Shown: positions 1-10,570, counted from the stretch's first letter. The stretch: DNA of 64,000 nt from an uncultured Collinsella sp. (GCA_902494765.1 CABUUK010000003.1:1362-65361); one strand, 5' to 3'. Numbers and translations: made by a program. The notes: a model not told the origin generated them from the letters alone.

Positions 1-359
1 AGTGCGCTCATACGCGACGATGCGCTCTCGAGGGTATAAGGGTGTCCATCTACTTTAGTAAGGGTGATGGCATAGCCATGTTTGTCAGCCGCGGCGGCAA
101 AGCCCTCCATACGGTCGAGGTTGCCGGTACCGGTAATGTTGAACATGGCAACGCCGACGGTCTTAAACTTGCCACGGCGCAGCGATCGACCGGCAAAATT
201 GGGGCGATACCCCAGCTCGCGCATGGCGGCACGCACGCGCTCCTTGGTCTCGGGGCGTACGCTGGGCGAATCGTGCACGGTGCGCGAGACTGTCTGCTCC
301 GAGACGCCCGCGAGACGTGCCACATCCTTGACGGATACCGATTTTTTAACAGCGGCCAT
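1..359 (-). CDS. LacI-family transcriptional regulator (module 1), N-terminal part; runs off the window
   Basis: Absent from the ORF track. Manual translation from ATG at 359 gives MAAVKKSVSVKDVARLAGVSEQTVSRTVHDSPSVRPETKERVRAAMRELGYRPNFAGRSL, a LacI HTH plus hinge helix. Confidence 0.9.
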   Translation of the reverse strand, partial: MAAVKKSVSVKDVARLAGVSEQTVSRTVHDSPSVRPETKERVRAAMRELGYRPNFAGRSLRRGKFKTVGVAMFNITGTGNLDRMEGFAAAADKHGYAITLTKVDGHPYTLESASSRMSA

Positions 360-373
360 AGGTCGATCTTTCT

Positions 374-654
374 ATGTCAACGATGCCATTGGTGGCACCT
401 TGCGCAGTCATTTTTAACGCCTTCAAGTATATCCAACGCCTCCCCCACCATACGCTCACCACCCAAAACCTACCGTTCACCGACATTTTTGCTTCCCCGA
501 ACGGCTTTTGTCGACCAAATGTTAACGTTGCCATTGTGCAAACACAGAGCCACCGGGCGGCTCAAACGTTTACGCATAAGGAATCGACGGTTCGCAGGCA
601 CAGGAACCACCGGTTCGCGTCTTTTTTTGTGTCGCAAAATGGCAACGTCAACAT
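374..654. promoter_or_regulatory. Three LacI-type operators of module 1
   Basis: ATGTCAACGATGCCAT 374-389, ATGTTAACGTTGCCAT 519-534, ATGGCAACGTCAACAT 639-654: pseudo-palindromes with central CG between divergent lacI and PTS genes. Confidence 0.7.
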
Positions 655-716
655 TTTGGTAACCGAACGCCAAAAGCTACCATCGTTGCTAACCCACCGA
701 CTCTTAGGAGCATTGC

Positions 717-2483
717 ATGGAGCAACTCATCGCCATCATCGAAAAGGGCCAGCCCTTTTTCAACGCGATCGCCCGCAACAAGTACCTCAAGGCGATCCGC
801 GACGGCTTTATCTCCGTCATCCCCATCATCATCTTCTCGTCCATCTTCTGCCTGGTAGCCTCGGTCCCCAACATCTGGGGTTTCTACTGGCCCGATGACA
901 TCAACAACGCCCTGTGGAAGTGCTACAACTACTCCATGGGCATCCTGGCCATCGCCTGTGCCGCCACCACGGCCAAGCACTTCGCCGACGCTCAGAACCG
1001 CGACCTGCCCAAGAACAACCAGATCAACTTTATCTCGTGCATGTGCGCGGCCATCATCGGCTTTCTGCTCCTTTCGAGCGACACCATCGCCACGGACGCC
1101 GCCAGCGGCTTTAACACCACCTACCTTGGTTCCAAGGGCCTGCTGACCGCCTTTATCGCTGCGTTTGTGACCGGCATCATCTACAAGTTCTTCATTAAGC
1201 GAAACATCACCGTCAAGATGCCCGAGCAGGTTCCGCCCAACATCTCGCAGACCTTTAAGGACATCATCCCCTTCTCCGTCTGCATCACTGTCTTTTGGGT
1301 TTTTGACATCGTCTTCCGCGCTGCTTTTGGCTTCTGCTTTGCCCAGGGCGTCATCCAGGTGTTCCAGCCCCTGTTCACCGCTGCCGACGGCTATATCGGC
1401 CTCGCTGTGATTTACGGCGCCATGAGCCTGTTCTGGTTCGTCGGTGTCCACGGCCCCTCGATCGTCGAGCCCGCCATCGCCGCCGCTCTCGTTGCCAACA
1501 TGACCGACAACCTAGCTGCGTTCCAGGCTGGCCAACACGCTTCCGCTGTCCTGACCCAGGGTGCCCAGTACTTCGTCGTCTGCATGGGCGGCACCGGCGC
1601 CACGCTCGTCCTGGTCTTTATGTTCTGCTTCCTGGCCAAGTCCCAGGAGATGCGCGCCGTCGGTAAGGCCGCCATCGTTCCCGTCTGCTTTGCCGTCAAC
1701 GAGCCGCTGCTGTTCGCCGCGCCCATCGTGCTCAACCCCGTCTTCTTTGTCCCGTTTGTCTTTGCCCCGATCGCCAACATCTGGATCCTCAAGATCTTTA
1801 TCGACTTCTTGGGCATGAACGGCTTTATGTACACCCTGCCTTGGACTGTCCCCGGCCCCATCGGCACCATCATGGGCCTGGGCTTCCAGCCGCTCGCCTT
1901 TGTGATGCTCGCCCTTATCCTGGTCGTCGACTTCGTTCTGTACTACCCGTTCTTCCGTGCCTACGACGCCCAGAAGTGCGCCGAGGAGGCCGAGATTTCC
2001 CAAGAGGAGCTCGCCGCCAAGAATGCCGAGAAGTCCGCCAAGCTCAACGATGCCTTCCAGGGCAAGGCCGATGCCAAGAGCGTTGCCGCCGGCGCTGCTG
2101 CCGAGGCCGTGAAGGCCGACGCTCCCGCCGTTGTCGCCACTGAGACAACGGCCGCCAGTGACCTCAACGGCAAGCGCGTGCTCGTGCTCTGCCAGGGTGG
2201 CGGCACCTCGGGCCTGCTCGCCAACGCGCTGGCCAAGGCTGCCAAGGAGCGCGGCATCAATCTTGAGACCGCTGCCGAGGCCTATGGCAACCACGTTGAC
2301 ATGCTTCCCGACTTTGACCTGGTCGTCCTGGCCCCGCAGGCCGCAAGCTACCTGGCCGACCTGCAGAAGGACTGCGAGCGCGTGGGCAACAAGTGCGTCG
2401 CCTGCCGCGGCAAGCAGTACATCGAGCTCTCCCAGAACGGCGATAAGTCTCTCGCCTTCGTCTCCGAGCAGCTTTCGAAGTAA
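717..2483 (+). CDS. lacE: PTS lactose-family IICB component
   Basis: AIRDGF, GVHGPSIV, GGTGATL and FAVNEPLLF IIC motifs; Ala-rich linker; C-terminal IIB with CQGGGTS; RBS AGGAG. Confidence 0.9.
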   Translation: MEQLIAIIEKGQPFFNAIARNKYLKAIRDGFISVIPIIIFSSIFCLVASVPNIWGFYWPDDINNALWKCYNYSMGILAIACAATTAKHFADAQNRDLPKNNQINFISCMCAAIIGFLLLSSDTIATDAASGFNTTYLGSKGLLTAFIAAFVTGIIYKFFIKRNITVKMPEQVPPNISQTFKDIIPFSVCITVFWVFDIVFRAAFGFCFAQGVIQVFQPLFTAADGYIGLAVIYGAMSLFWFVGVHGPSIVEPAIAAALVANMTDNLAAFQAGQHASAVLTQGAQYFVVCMGGTGATLVLVFMFCFLAKSQEMRAVGKAAIVPVCFAVNEPLLFAAPIVLNPVFFVPFVFAPIANIWILKIFIDFLGMNGFMYTLPWTVPGPIGTIMGLGFQPLAFVMLALILVVDFVLYYPFFRAYDAQKCAEEAEISQEELAAKNAEKSAKLNDAFQGKADAKSVAAGAAAEAVKADAPAVVATETTAASDLNGKRVLVLCQGGGTSGLLANALAKAAKERGINLETAAEAYGNHVDMLPDFDLVVLAPQAASYLADLQKDCERVGNKCVACRGKQYIELSQNGDKSLAFVSEQLSK

Positions 2484-2549
2484 GTAACGCTCAGGGCCAG
2501 CCGACCATCCAAGACCGGCTGGTCCTTCGATTTAAACGATTGGATCATC

Positions 2550-3989
2550 ATGTCCGTTAACCCCGCTAGCGTCACCAACCCGCCTGCGCAGTTTCCCGAG
2601 GGCTTTGTCTTTGGCGGCGCCACCGCTGCCTACCAGGTAGAGGGCGAGACCCGCACTCACGGTAAGGGCAAAGTCGCCTGGGACGACTTCTTGGAGGCCC
2701 AGGGGCGCTTTTCCCCCGATCCCGCTTCGGACTTCTACAACCAGTACCCCGTCGACTTGGAGCTGTGCGAGGAGTTCGGTATCAACGGCATCCGCCTCTC
2801 CATCGCCTGGAGCCGCATCTTCCCCAACGGTACCGGCGAAATCAACCCCGAGGGTGTCCAGTTCTACCACGACCTCTTCGCCGAGTGCCACAAGCACCAC
2901 GTTGAGCCGTTTGTCACGCTGCATCACTTCGATACGCCGCTGCCCCTCTTTGAGAAGGGCGACTTCCTCAACCGCGAGACCATCGACGCCTTTGTGGACT
3001 TTGCCACCTTCTGCTTTAAGGAGTACGCCGACCAGGTGACCTACTGGTTCACCTTTAACGAGATCTGGGCCGACGCCTCCAACACCTACATCGAGGGCAC
3101 CTTCCCCGGTGGCGTCAAGGCGCATCTGGCCGAGGCTTTCCAGTGCGAGCACAACATGATGCTCGCCCACGCCAAGGCTGTGCTTGCCTTCCACAACGGC
3201 GGTTTTAAGGGCAAGATCGGCGTCATTCAGTCGTTGGAGTTTAAGTATCCGCTCAACGAGAACGACCCCGCCGACATCAAGGCCGCCAACAACGAGCACG
3301 TGCTGCAGAACCAGTTCTTGCTCGATGCCACCTTCCGCGGCGACTATGCGCCCGACACCCTCGAGTGCGCCAACCGCCTGGCTGCCGTCTCGGGCGGCAC
3401 CATCGAGATCCTAGACGAGGATCTGGAAATCATGCGCGAGGCAGCGCTCTACAACGACTACCTGGGCGTTAACAACTACCAGTGCCGCTTCTTGAAGGCT
3501 TACGACGGCGAGAACGACCTGCACCACAACGGTACGGGCGAGAAGGGCACTGGCCGCTGGCGCGTTAAGGGCATTGGCGAGCATGTGAACAAGCCTGGTA
3601 TCCCCACCACCGACTGGGACTGGATCATCTATCCCGAGGGCCTGTTCGATCTGCTCGTCTCCATTAAGCAGCGCTACCCCAACTACAAGCAGATCTTCAT
3701 CACCGAGAACGGCATGGGCTACAAGGACCCCTACGAGGACGGTTTTGTGGACGACCAGCCGCGCATCGACTACATCGAGCAGCACCTGCGCTGGTTGCTC
3801 AAGGCCATGGAGGTGGGTGTCAACGTGGGCGGATACTTCCTGTGGAGCCTGCAGGATCAGTTCTCCTGGACCAACGGATACAACAAGCGTTATGGCTTCT
3901 TCTACGTTGACTTTGAAACCCAGAAGCGCACGCCCAAGGCAAGCGCATACTGGTATAAGCACGTGGCGCAGACCCGTCGTCTGGACTAG
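2550..3989 (+). CDS. lacG: GH1 6-phospho-beta-galactosidase
   Basis: FVFGGATAAYQVEG, TFNEI, ITENG and phosphate-binding loop FSWTNGYNKRYG. Confidence 0.88.
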   Translation: MSVNPASVTNPPAQFPEGFVFGGATAAYQVEGETRTHGKGKVAWDDFLEAQGRFSPDPASDFYNQYPVDLELCEEFGINGIRLSIAWSRIFPNGTGEINPEGVQFYHDLFAECHKHHVEPFVTLHHFDTPLPLFEKGDFLNRETIDAFVDFATFCFKEYADQVTYWFTFNEIWADASNTYIEGTFPGGVKAHLAEAFQCEHNMMLAHAKAVLAFHNGGFKGKIGVIQSLEFKYPLNENDPADIKAANNEHVLQNQFLLDATFRGDYAPDTLECANRLAAVSGGTIEILDEDLEIMREAALYNDYLGVNNYQCRFLKAYDGENDLHHNGTGEKGTGRWRVKGIGEHVNKPGIPTTDWDWIIYPEGLFDLLVSIKQRYPNYKQIFITENGMGYKDPYEDGFVDDQPRIDYIEQHLRWLLKAMEVGVNVGGYFLWSLQDQFSWTNGYNKRYGFFYVDFETQKRTPKASAYWYKHVAQTRRLD

Positions 3990-4050
3990 CGGCTTGCGAC
4001 GAGCGGTTGGCGGAATTGCCCCGCTCACATAACCTGTCCCCATTTCTCAG

Positions 4051-4097
4051 CCGGGGGCGGCACGTCACACGGCGCGCCGCCCCCGGTCTTTTGTTTT
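4051..4097 (+). terminator. Intrinsic terminator after module 1
   Basis: CCGGGGGCGGC...GCCGCCCCCGG stem followed by TCTTTTGTTTT. Confidence 0.7.
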
Positions 4098-4111
4098 GTT
4101 CGGCCTGGGGG

Positions 4112-4261
4112 CCGTTTGTCTCGATCTGTAACATCTAGCCGAGTTTTTTGGTCCTAGCTGTTACAGATTGAGACGAACAGGATTGCTCTTTCCGAAGAAT
4201 CTAAATCTGTAACACGTAGCCCGCTTTTGACCGTCTACCTGTTACAAATCGAGACAAACGG
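4112..4261. repeat. 40-bp-phased palindromic array, 2 units
   Basis: 15-mers at 4119, 4159 (inverted), 4200 and 4240 (inverted), consensus TCTCGATCTGTAACA; 25-nt loops; outer CCGTTTG/CAAACGG. Confidence 0.9.
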
Positions 4262-4269
4262 AGTAGGAC

Positions 4270-5298
4270 CTAACCCCGTATGTCCCTAACAGTCGAGCGT
4301 TCGACCAGCGTACTCGGCACATGAATCGCCTCGATAGACGAGCTCTCTCCAATCGCCGCCTCAAACGCAAGCTTACCGACACCGCGCAAATCAAATCGCA
4401 GCGTCGTCAGTCGATTGTGAGGAACAAGTCCCTCGAGTGCGTCGTCGATACCAACCACGCTCACGTCGTCGGGCACGGACAGGCCCGCGTTCTCGAGCGC
4501 GGCGATAACGCCCAGCGCCATCTGGTCATTTGCCGCAAGCACGGCAGTCGGCGCCTGCGACCCGCCGGCAAGCACCTCGGCCGCAATCCGCTCGCCCATG
4601 GCGTACCCACTGTCCGCACTCCAATCGCCACGCAGCATCGGAGCGGCATCGACATGAGCACGACCCAGCGTATCGCGCCAACCGGCCTCACGAAAACGCG
4701 AGGAAATCGAGTTTTCCGGACCCGCCACAAACCGCATATTCGAGTGACCATGTTCCAGCAGATAATTGGTCAACAGCTCGCACGAACCATACTGGTCGGA
4801 GTCGATCGTCGTGCAGCGCGGATGCGCATACATGGACAGGATGACCGTTCGCACTCCCGGCTGGGGAACAAACTCCTCAAAATCGGGAGCCATGCGGTTC
4901 ATGTTGAGAATCATGCCGTCGACGGGTCGCTCGACCATGCGGCGCGAGGCATCGGCAAGTGTATAGGGCTTGTCGCCGCCCATCTCGATCATAGTGACGG
5001 CAAAATCGTGCTCGCGCGCCGCTTGCATGATACCCTCGAGCGTCGCCAGGTTACCGACACGTGTGATGTTGTACATGCACAGGCCAATAGAACGATACGA
5101 CCCGCCGCGCAACGCCGCTCCAGCAAAATTGGGACGAAAGCCCAGCTCTTCCATGGCGGCCAGCACACGCTTGCGCGTCTTTTCCGTCACGTTGGGCATA
5201 CCGTTGACCACGCGAGACACAGTCTGGCGGCTCACGCCAGCGAGCGCCGCAACCTCTGCCGCGCTCGCCGAATGACCATTCCTTGTCTGCTGAGCCAT
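4270..5298 (-). CDS. LacI-family transcriptional regulator (module 2)
   Basis: EVAALAGVSRQTVSRVVN HTH, GFRPN hinge, sugar-binding domain ending TLVERSTV. Confidence 0.92.
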   Translation of the reverse strand: MAQQTRNGHSASAAEVAALAGVSRQTVSRVVNGMPNVTEKTRKRVLAAMEELGFRPNFAGAALRGGSYRSIGLCMYNITRVGNLATLEGIMQAAREHDFAVTMIEMGGDKPYTLADASRRMVERPVDGMILNMNRMAPDFEEFVPQPGVRTVILSMYAHPRCTTIDSDQYGSCELLTNYLLEHGHSNMRFVAGPENSISSRFREAGWRDTLGRAHVDAAPMLRGDWSADSGYAMGERIAAEVLAGGSQAPTAVLAANDQMALGVIAALENAGLSVPDDVSVVGIDDALEGLVPHNRLTTLRFDLRGVGKLAFEAAIGESSSIEAIHVPSTLVERSTVRDIRG

Positions 5299-5358
5299 GC
5301 CTTCCACGCTAACCTGCTTCCCAACTATTCCCCGCGCCCATGGCGCATCGTACATACA

Positions 5359-5528
5359 TCGATAACGTGCTCATGATACCCGAGCCATATACCACAACAT
5401 GAAAACTTCTGTCAATCAAAACCGCTTACCGAACAAATACAACCGTTCGCGGCTGTTTGAAGTTGTTTTGTTTCTATACATCCCAGCCGGATGTTAACGT
5501 GCTCATTGTCAAATGCTCACGTGCTCAT
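5359..5528. promoter_or_regulatory. LacI-type operators of module 2
   Basis: TCGATAACGTGCTCAT 5359-5374, ATGTTAACGTGCTCAT 5491-5506, ATGCTCACGTGCTCAT 5513-5528. Confidence 0.7.
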
Positions 5529-5648
5529 TTTGGTTCTAATCATTTTAAGATAGTGTTTATCGGGCTTTTTCACCGCTGAACGCTAACCATGGAGCCTCCT
5601 GAGCGCAAACGCACAATATCGAACAGCGAGACGAGAGGGTGTATGCAT

Positions 5649-7091
5649 ATGTCTTTGCTAAACCGCGTACAGCAGCTGCCGAAGGGCTTTGTTTGGGGCG
5701 CCGCAACCGCCGCGTACCAAACGGAAGGTTCCACGAAGGTGGCAGGCAAGGGTAAGACCATGTGGGACGATTACCTTGTCGCCCAGGGTCGCTTTTTGCC
5801 CGACCCGGCCAGTGATTTCTACAACCGCTACGAGGAGGATATCCGCCTTTCTGCCGAGCATGGGCTCAACGCCATCCGTGTGTCCATCGCCTGGACCCGC
5901 ATCTTCCCCAACGGCGACGATGCCGAGCCCCTCGCCGAGGGCGTTAAGCACTACCACGAGCTGTTCGCCTGCTGCAAAAAGTATGGCGTCGAGCCCTATG
6001 TGTCCCTGCATCACTTTGACTCCCCCGCCGCCCTGTTCAACCAGGGCGACTGGCTCAACCGCAAGACCGTCGACGCCTATGTGCGCTATGCCGAGTTCTG
6101 CTTCCGCGAGTTCCGCGAGGTCAAGAATTGGTTCACCATCAACGAGCTCATCAGCCTCTCGCACTCCCAATACATCCAAGGCAACTTCCCGCCCAACCAT
6201 CACTTTGATGTGACGAGCGGCATCCAGAGCCAGCACAACGAGCTCGTTGCCCACGCCCGCGCCGTCAACCTGTATAAGGATCTTGACGAGACCGAGCACC
6301 TGGGCGGACGCATTGGCATGGTCAACGTCCTGACGCCGGCATATCCTGCCACAGACTCGCCCGCCGACCAGCACGCCGCCGACCTGTACAACGCCTTCTA
6401 CACCGACTTCATCATGGACGGCGCCTTCCTGGGTCACTACTCCGCGCGCACCCTCTCACTCATCAACGAGATTCTGCGTGCCAACAACGCCACGCTTACG
6501 GTTGAGGACAGCGACATGGAGGAGCTCGCCAAGGCGGCGCCCCGCAACGATATGTTCGGCCTCAACTACTATCAGTCGGCGTTTATCGCCGCATACGATG
6601 GCGAGTCCACCAACAGCTTTAACGGCACCGGAGACAAGGGCACCTCGTGCTTTAAGTTTAAGGGCGTCGGGCAGCAGGTCGATATGCCGGGTATCCCCAC
6701 CACCGACTGGGATTGGCTCATCTACCCGCAAGGCCTCTACGACACGCTCAAGCACATCAGCGCCACCTATCCCAACCTCCCCGTCATCTATATCACCGAA
6801 AACGGCCTGGGCCACAAGGACCCCGAGCCCGACGCAAACGGCATCGTCGCCGATCCCGAGCGCATCGACTTTGTCGACCAGCACATGGAGAAGGTGCTCC
6901 GGGCGCGCGCCGAGGGCGTCGACGTCCAGGGCTACTTTATCTGGAGCCTGCAGGACCAGTTCTCGTGGGCCAACGGCTATAACAAGCGCTACGGCCTGTT
7001 CTACATCGACTTCGACACGCAAAAACGCTACATCAAGCAGTCGGCACTCTGGTACAAGGAGCTCGCCGACACTATGGCGGACGCGCAGTAG
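5649..7091 (+). CDS. lacG: GH1 6-phospho-beta-galactosidase paralog
   Basis: FVWGAATAAYQTEG, TINEL, ITENG, FSWANGYNKRYG; start chosen at MSLLNR after GAGAGG. Confidence 0.85.
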   Translation: MSLLNRVQQLPKGFVWGAATAAYQTEGSTKVAGKGKTMWDDYLVAQGRFLPDPASDFYNRYEEDIRLSAEHGLNAIRVSIAWTRIFPNGDDAEPLAEGVKHYHELFACCKKYGVEPYVSLHHFDSPAALFNQGDWLNRKTVDAYVRYAEFCFREFREVKNWFTINELISLSHSQYIQGNFPPNHHFDVTSGIQSQHNELVAHARAVNLYKDLDETEHLGGRIGMVNVLTPAYPATDSPADQHAADLYNAFYTDFIMDGAFLGHYSARTLSLINEILRANNATLTVEDSDMEELAKAAPRNDMFGLNYYQSAFIAAYDGESTNSFNGTGDKGTSCFKFKGVGQQVDMPGIPTTDWDWLIYPQGLYDTLKHISATYPNLPVIYITENGLGHKDPEPDANGIVADPERIDFVDQHMEKVLRARAEGVDVQGYFIWSLQDQFSWANGYNKRYGLFYIDFDTQKRYIKQSALWYKELADTMADAQ

Positions 7092-7267
7092 CGCATCGCC
7101 TCGCTTTCCCCCGAGAGGGGAGCGGCCCTATGCGATACAAACCCAGCCGCTCCCCTCTCTCCCCCTGGGACCGACCCCGCCTGCACCCGGGCTTTTAGCA
7201 AGCGGGAGACCATATAGGTTTTCAACGTCCATGCCATTAAGATTTCATGCAAAGAGGAGCGTGAACT

Positions 7268-9028
7268 ATGGAATCGATCGTTAAGTTCTTGGAGAAAGGT
7301 CAGCCGTACTTCGACAAGGTCTCTAAGAACATCTACCTTCAGGCCATTAAAGACGGCTTTTTGGCAGCAATGCCCATCATCCTGTCTTCTTCTGTCTTCC
7401 TGCTTATTTCGACCCTGCCGGGCGTTGTCGCCACGGTCGGCGGCTTTACGCTGCCCGACTGGTGGAACGTCGACGTCGTGAACTTCTGCAACAAGGTTTA
7501 CAACTTCACGATGGGCGTCGTGGGCATCATGGTCGCCGGCACCACCGCAAGCGCGCTGACCGGCTCCAAGAACCGCCGCATGCCTGCCGGCAAGGCCATC
7601 AACGCCACGAGCACCATGGTCGCCGCCATGTGCGCTATGCTCATCTTGGCCGTTACCCAGACGAGTGCCAAGATCGACGGCGCCGATGTCTCGGTGTTCT
7701 TTACCGACAACATGGGCACCAAGGGCCTACTGAGCTCCTTTGTCGCCGCATTTGCCACGGTCAACATCTATGCCTTCTGCATTAAGCGAGACATCACCAT
7801 CAAGCTGCCCAAAGAAGTCCCCGGCGCCATCGCCCAGAACTTCCGCGACATCTTCGCCTTCAGCTTCTCCATCCTGTTTGTCGCCGTCATCGACGTTATC
7901 TGCCGCACCTGCTTGGCCGTCCCGTTTGCCAACGTCATCTCCACGCTGGTGAGCCCGCTGTTCGCCGCTGCCGATTCCTACGCCGGCCTCGCCCTCATCT
8001 GGTTCATGATCCCGCTGTTCTGGTTCATGGGCATCCACGGCCCCTCGGTCGTTAAGCCTGCCCTCAACGCCGCGCTGTTTGGCAACATCACCACCAACCT
8101 CGCCACGCTGCAGGCCGGCGGTCACCCCGCCCTCGCCCTGACCGAGAACTTCGGTAACTACATCGGCGAACTCGGCGGCACCGGCGCCACGTTCATTGTC
8201 CCGATCATCTTCCTGCTCTTTATGCGCTCCAAGCAGCTCAAGGCCGTCGGCAAAGCCTCTGTCGTACCCGTGATGTTCGCCGTCAACGAACCGCTGCTGT
8301 TCGCCGCGCCCATCATCCTCAACCCGTACTTCCTGATCCCGTTCCTGTTTGCCCCCGTGGCCAACGTCCTCATTGGTAAGTTCTTCATCGACTTTTTGGG
8401 CATGAACGGCTTTATCTATGCCATGCCGTGGGCACTCCCCGGACCGATCGGCACCTTCATCGACACCAACTTCCAGCCGATCTCTCTGGTCCTGGTTGTC
8501 GTCCTGCTGGTCGTTGACTTCTTAATCTACTACCCGTTCTGCAAGGCCTACGACAACGTCCTGTGCAAGCAGGAGGCCGAGACCCTGGCCGAAGAAGAGG
8601 CCGAGGAGACCAAGGCCGTCAAGACCGCTGCCGCCCCCGCCGTTGAGGCTCCTGTTGTCGAGACCGCTTCTGCCACTGAGGCCTCCGCAGCTCCGTCCGC
8701 CCTTAAGGGCAAGGATCTGAGGGTTCTGGTTCTGTGCGCTGGCGCCGGCACCTCTGCACTGCTCGCCAACGCGCTTAAGGAAGGCGCCGACGAGCTGGGC
8801 ATCGACATTACCGCCAACGCCGGTGCCTACGGCAGCCACTACGCCATCATGGACCAGTACAACGTCATCGTCCTGGCTCCGCAGGTTCGCACCTATTACA
8901 ACGAGATGAAGGCCGACACCGACCGCCTGGGCATCACGCTGCTGTCGCCCAAGGGCAAACAGTACATCGACCTCACTAAGGATCCCAAGGGTGCCGTCGC
9001 CTGGATCGAGGAAAACCTCGAGGCATAA
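7268..9028 (+). CDS. PTS lactose-family IICB paralog
   Basis: AIKDGF, GIHGPSVV, GGTGATF, NEPLLF; IIB motif CAGAGTS. Confidence 0.88.
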   Translation: MESIVKFLEKGQPYFDKVSKNIYLQAIKDGFLAAMPIILSSSVFLLISTLPGVVATVGGFTLPDWWNVDVVNFCNKVYNFTMGVVGIMVAGTTASALTGSKNRRMPAGKAINATSTMVAAMCAMLILAVTQTSAKIDGADVSVFFTDNMGTKGLLSSFVAAFATVNIYAFCIKRDITIKLPKEVPGAIAQNFRDIFAFSFSILFVAVIDVICRTCLAVPFANVISTLVSPLFAAADSYAGLALIWFMIPLFWFMGIHGPSVVKPALNAALFGNITTNLATLQAGGHPALALTENFGNYIGELGGTGATFIVPIIFLLFMRSKQLKAVGKASVVPVMFAVNEPLLFAAPIILNPYFLIPFLFAPVANVLIGKFFIDFLGMNGFIYAMPWALPGPIGTFIDTNFQPISLVLVVVLLVVDFLIYYPFCKAYDNVLCKQEAETLAEEEAEETKAVKTAAAPAVEAPVVETASATEASAAPSALKGKDLRVLVLCAGAGTSALLANALKEGADELGIDITANAGAYGSHYAIMDQYNVIVLAPQVRTYYNEMKADTDRLGITLLSPKGKQYIDLTKDPKGAVAWIEENLEA

Positions 9029-9055
9029 GACGCTGACGCCACCTGCCGCCCGCAG

Positions 9056-9103
9056 AAAAAAATGGCCCGTGCATCGATGCGTGATGCGCGGGCCATTTTG
9101 TTT
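9056..9103. terminator. Bidirectional intrinsic terminator
   Basis: A-run, then ATGGCCCGTGCATC...GATGCGCGGGCCAT, then TTTGTTT, between convergent genes. Confidence 0.75.
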
Positions 9104-9127
9104 AGACCGCACCCGTCCTCCTGTTCA

Positions 9128-9268
9128 TCTTAATCTGCAACATCTAGCCGAGTTTTTGGGTCCCAGCTGTTACAGATCGAGGTGAACGCACAGGCCAAGC
9201 CAAAAATCTCAATCTGTAACATGTAGACCACTTTTGACCGTCTAGTTGTTACAGATCGAGACAAACGG
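9128..9268. repeat. 40-bp-phased palindromic array, 2 units
   Basis: 15-mers at 9128, 9168 (inverted), 9207 and 9247 (inverted); same family as 4112-4261. Confidence 0.9.
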
Positions 9269-9284
9269 AATAGGCCGAGCACGT

Positions 9285-10286
9285 CTACGCCCGCAAGTCC
9301 TTTACGCTGGAACGCTCGACCAACACGCCCGAGACGAGCGTACGGCTTCTGGAGCTCGGAGCTTCCAGACCCGCGACGACCTCGTTGAGCGCACGGACGC
9401 CCAGCTCGCGGTGGCGAAACTTCACCGACGTCAGAATCGAGTTGGGAATCGTCTTATAGAGCTCATCGTCGAAGCCGATCACGGACACATCATTGGGCAC
9501 ACTGAGCCCTTTGTCACGTAGAGCCATCATCACGCCGTTTGCCATGCAGTCGTTAGCAGCGAGGACCGCCGTGCAATCGGGCTTATCGGCAAGCACAAGG
9601 CCCGCGGCATAGCCACTATCCGCATTCCAATCGCCTTGCAGAGGCTCGGGCGGCTCAATGCCACGCGCCTCGAGTGCCGCACGCCAACCTTTCATACGGC
9701 ACTGGCTCGACAACGACTCTTTCTTACCAGAGACGAAGTACACGTTTTTATGCCCGTGGTTCAAGAAGTACTCGCACGCCATGCGCGCGCCGCCCTCTTG
9801 GTCGTCACTGACGGTGGAGCAGGTAGGATGTTCCATCGGTGTGATAATCACCGTCTTGAGGTCTTTCGGTGCCTCAAAAGTATCAAAGTCATCGACCATC
9901 TGACGCAGGTTGAAGATCATGCCATCAACAGGCAGCTGCGACATCCTACGCGCCGCTTCGGCAAGGGTCATCTTCTCCCCCGCCCGCTTTTTGATCATCG
10001 TGAGCGCAAAGCCGCGTTCTTCGGCGGCATCTGCGATACCGTCAATCATGTCCACGGCACCGCCCGACAAGTGGAACAGCACCACGCCAATGCACCCGTA
10101 ACGGCCCAACTTGAGCGAACGCGCGGCAAAGTTGGTTCGAAACCCGAGCGCCTCCATTGCGGAATGAACCTTATCGCGTGTCGACTCTCGCACGCTATCG
10201 GGCTCGTTGATCACACGCGAAACCGTCTTGAGAGAAACACCCGCAGCAATCGCCACATCGTTCATTGAGACATTTTTCTTGTCCAT
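9285..10286 (-). CDS. LacI-family transcriptional regulator (module 3)
   Basis: MNDVAIAAGVSLKTVSRVIN HTH; ends VLVERSSV. Confidence 0.92.
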   Translation of the reverse strand: MDKKNVSMNDVAIAAGVSLKTVSRVINEPDSVRESTRDKVHSAMEALGFRTNFAARSLKLGRYGCIGVVLFHLSGGAVDMIDGIADAAEERGFALTMIKKRAGEKMTLAEAARRMSQLPVDGMIFNLRQMVDDFDTFEAPKDLKTVIITPMEHPTCSTVSDDQEGGARMACEYFLNHGHKNVYFVSGKKESLSSQCRMKGWRAALEARGIEPPEPLQGDWNADSGYAAGLVLADKPDCTAVLAANDCMANGVMMALRDKGLSVPNDVSVIGFDDELYKTIPNSILTSVKFRHRELGVRALNEVVAGLEAPSSRSRTLVSGVLVERSSVKDLRA

Positions 10287-10426
10287 CGTTGCCACTACTT
10301 CTCCAGTCGGTTTTGCATCGCTTGCTTTTTGCGTTCTAGCATACACTACCTGCCCGACTGACAAATCAACCGTTTACCGGACAATATCGACCGCTCACCC
10401 GTATATCCTTGTTGCTCTTCCAAAAA

Positions 10427-10469
10427 TGTCTTACGTTGTCATTAACGAAATGACAACGTTGTCATTTCG
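10427..10469. promoter_or_regulatory. LacI-type operators of module 3
   Basis: Perfect 24-bp palindrome CGAAATGACAACGTTGTCATTTCG at 10446-10469 plus a weaker copy at 10427-10442. Confidence 0.8.
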
Positions 10470-10570
10470 CAATGCCTTCCTTAAGCAGGAAGGTTTCCGG
10501 GCAGTCCTGACCATCCATCGACGACCAGTTCCATCCACATGCATCGCGCATCAAGTAGCAAAGGAGCTCT

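Noticed and set aside
42..898. Plus-strand ORFs 42-662, 82-417 and 374-898
   Set aside because: Antisense to the partial lacI gene or spanning the operator region; no protein motifs.
7113..7161. Hairpin between GH1 and IICB of module 2 as an ncRNA
   Set aside because: A simple GAGAGGGGAGCGGC/GCCGCTCCCCTCTC stem with no other conserved features; more likely an mRNA stability or pausing element.
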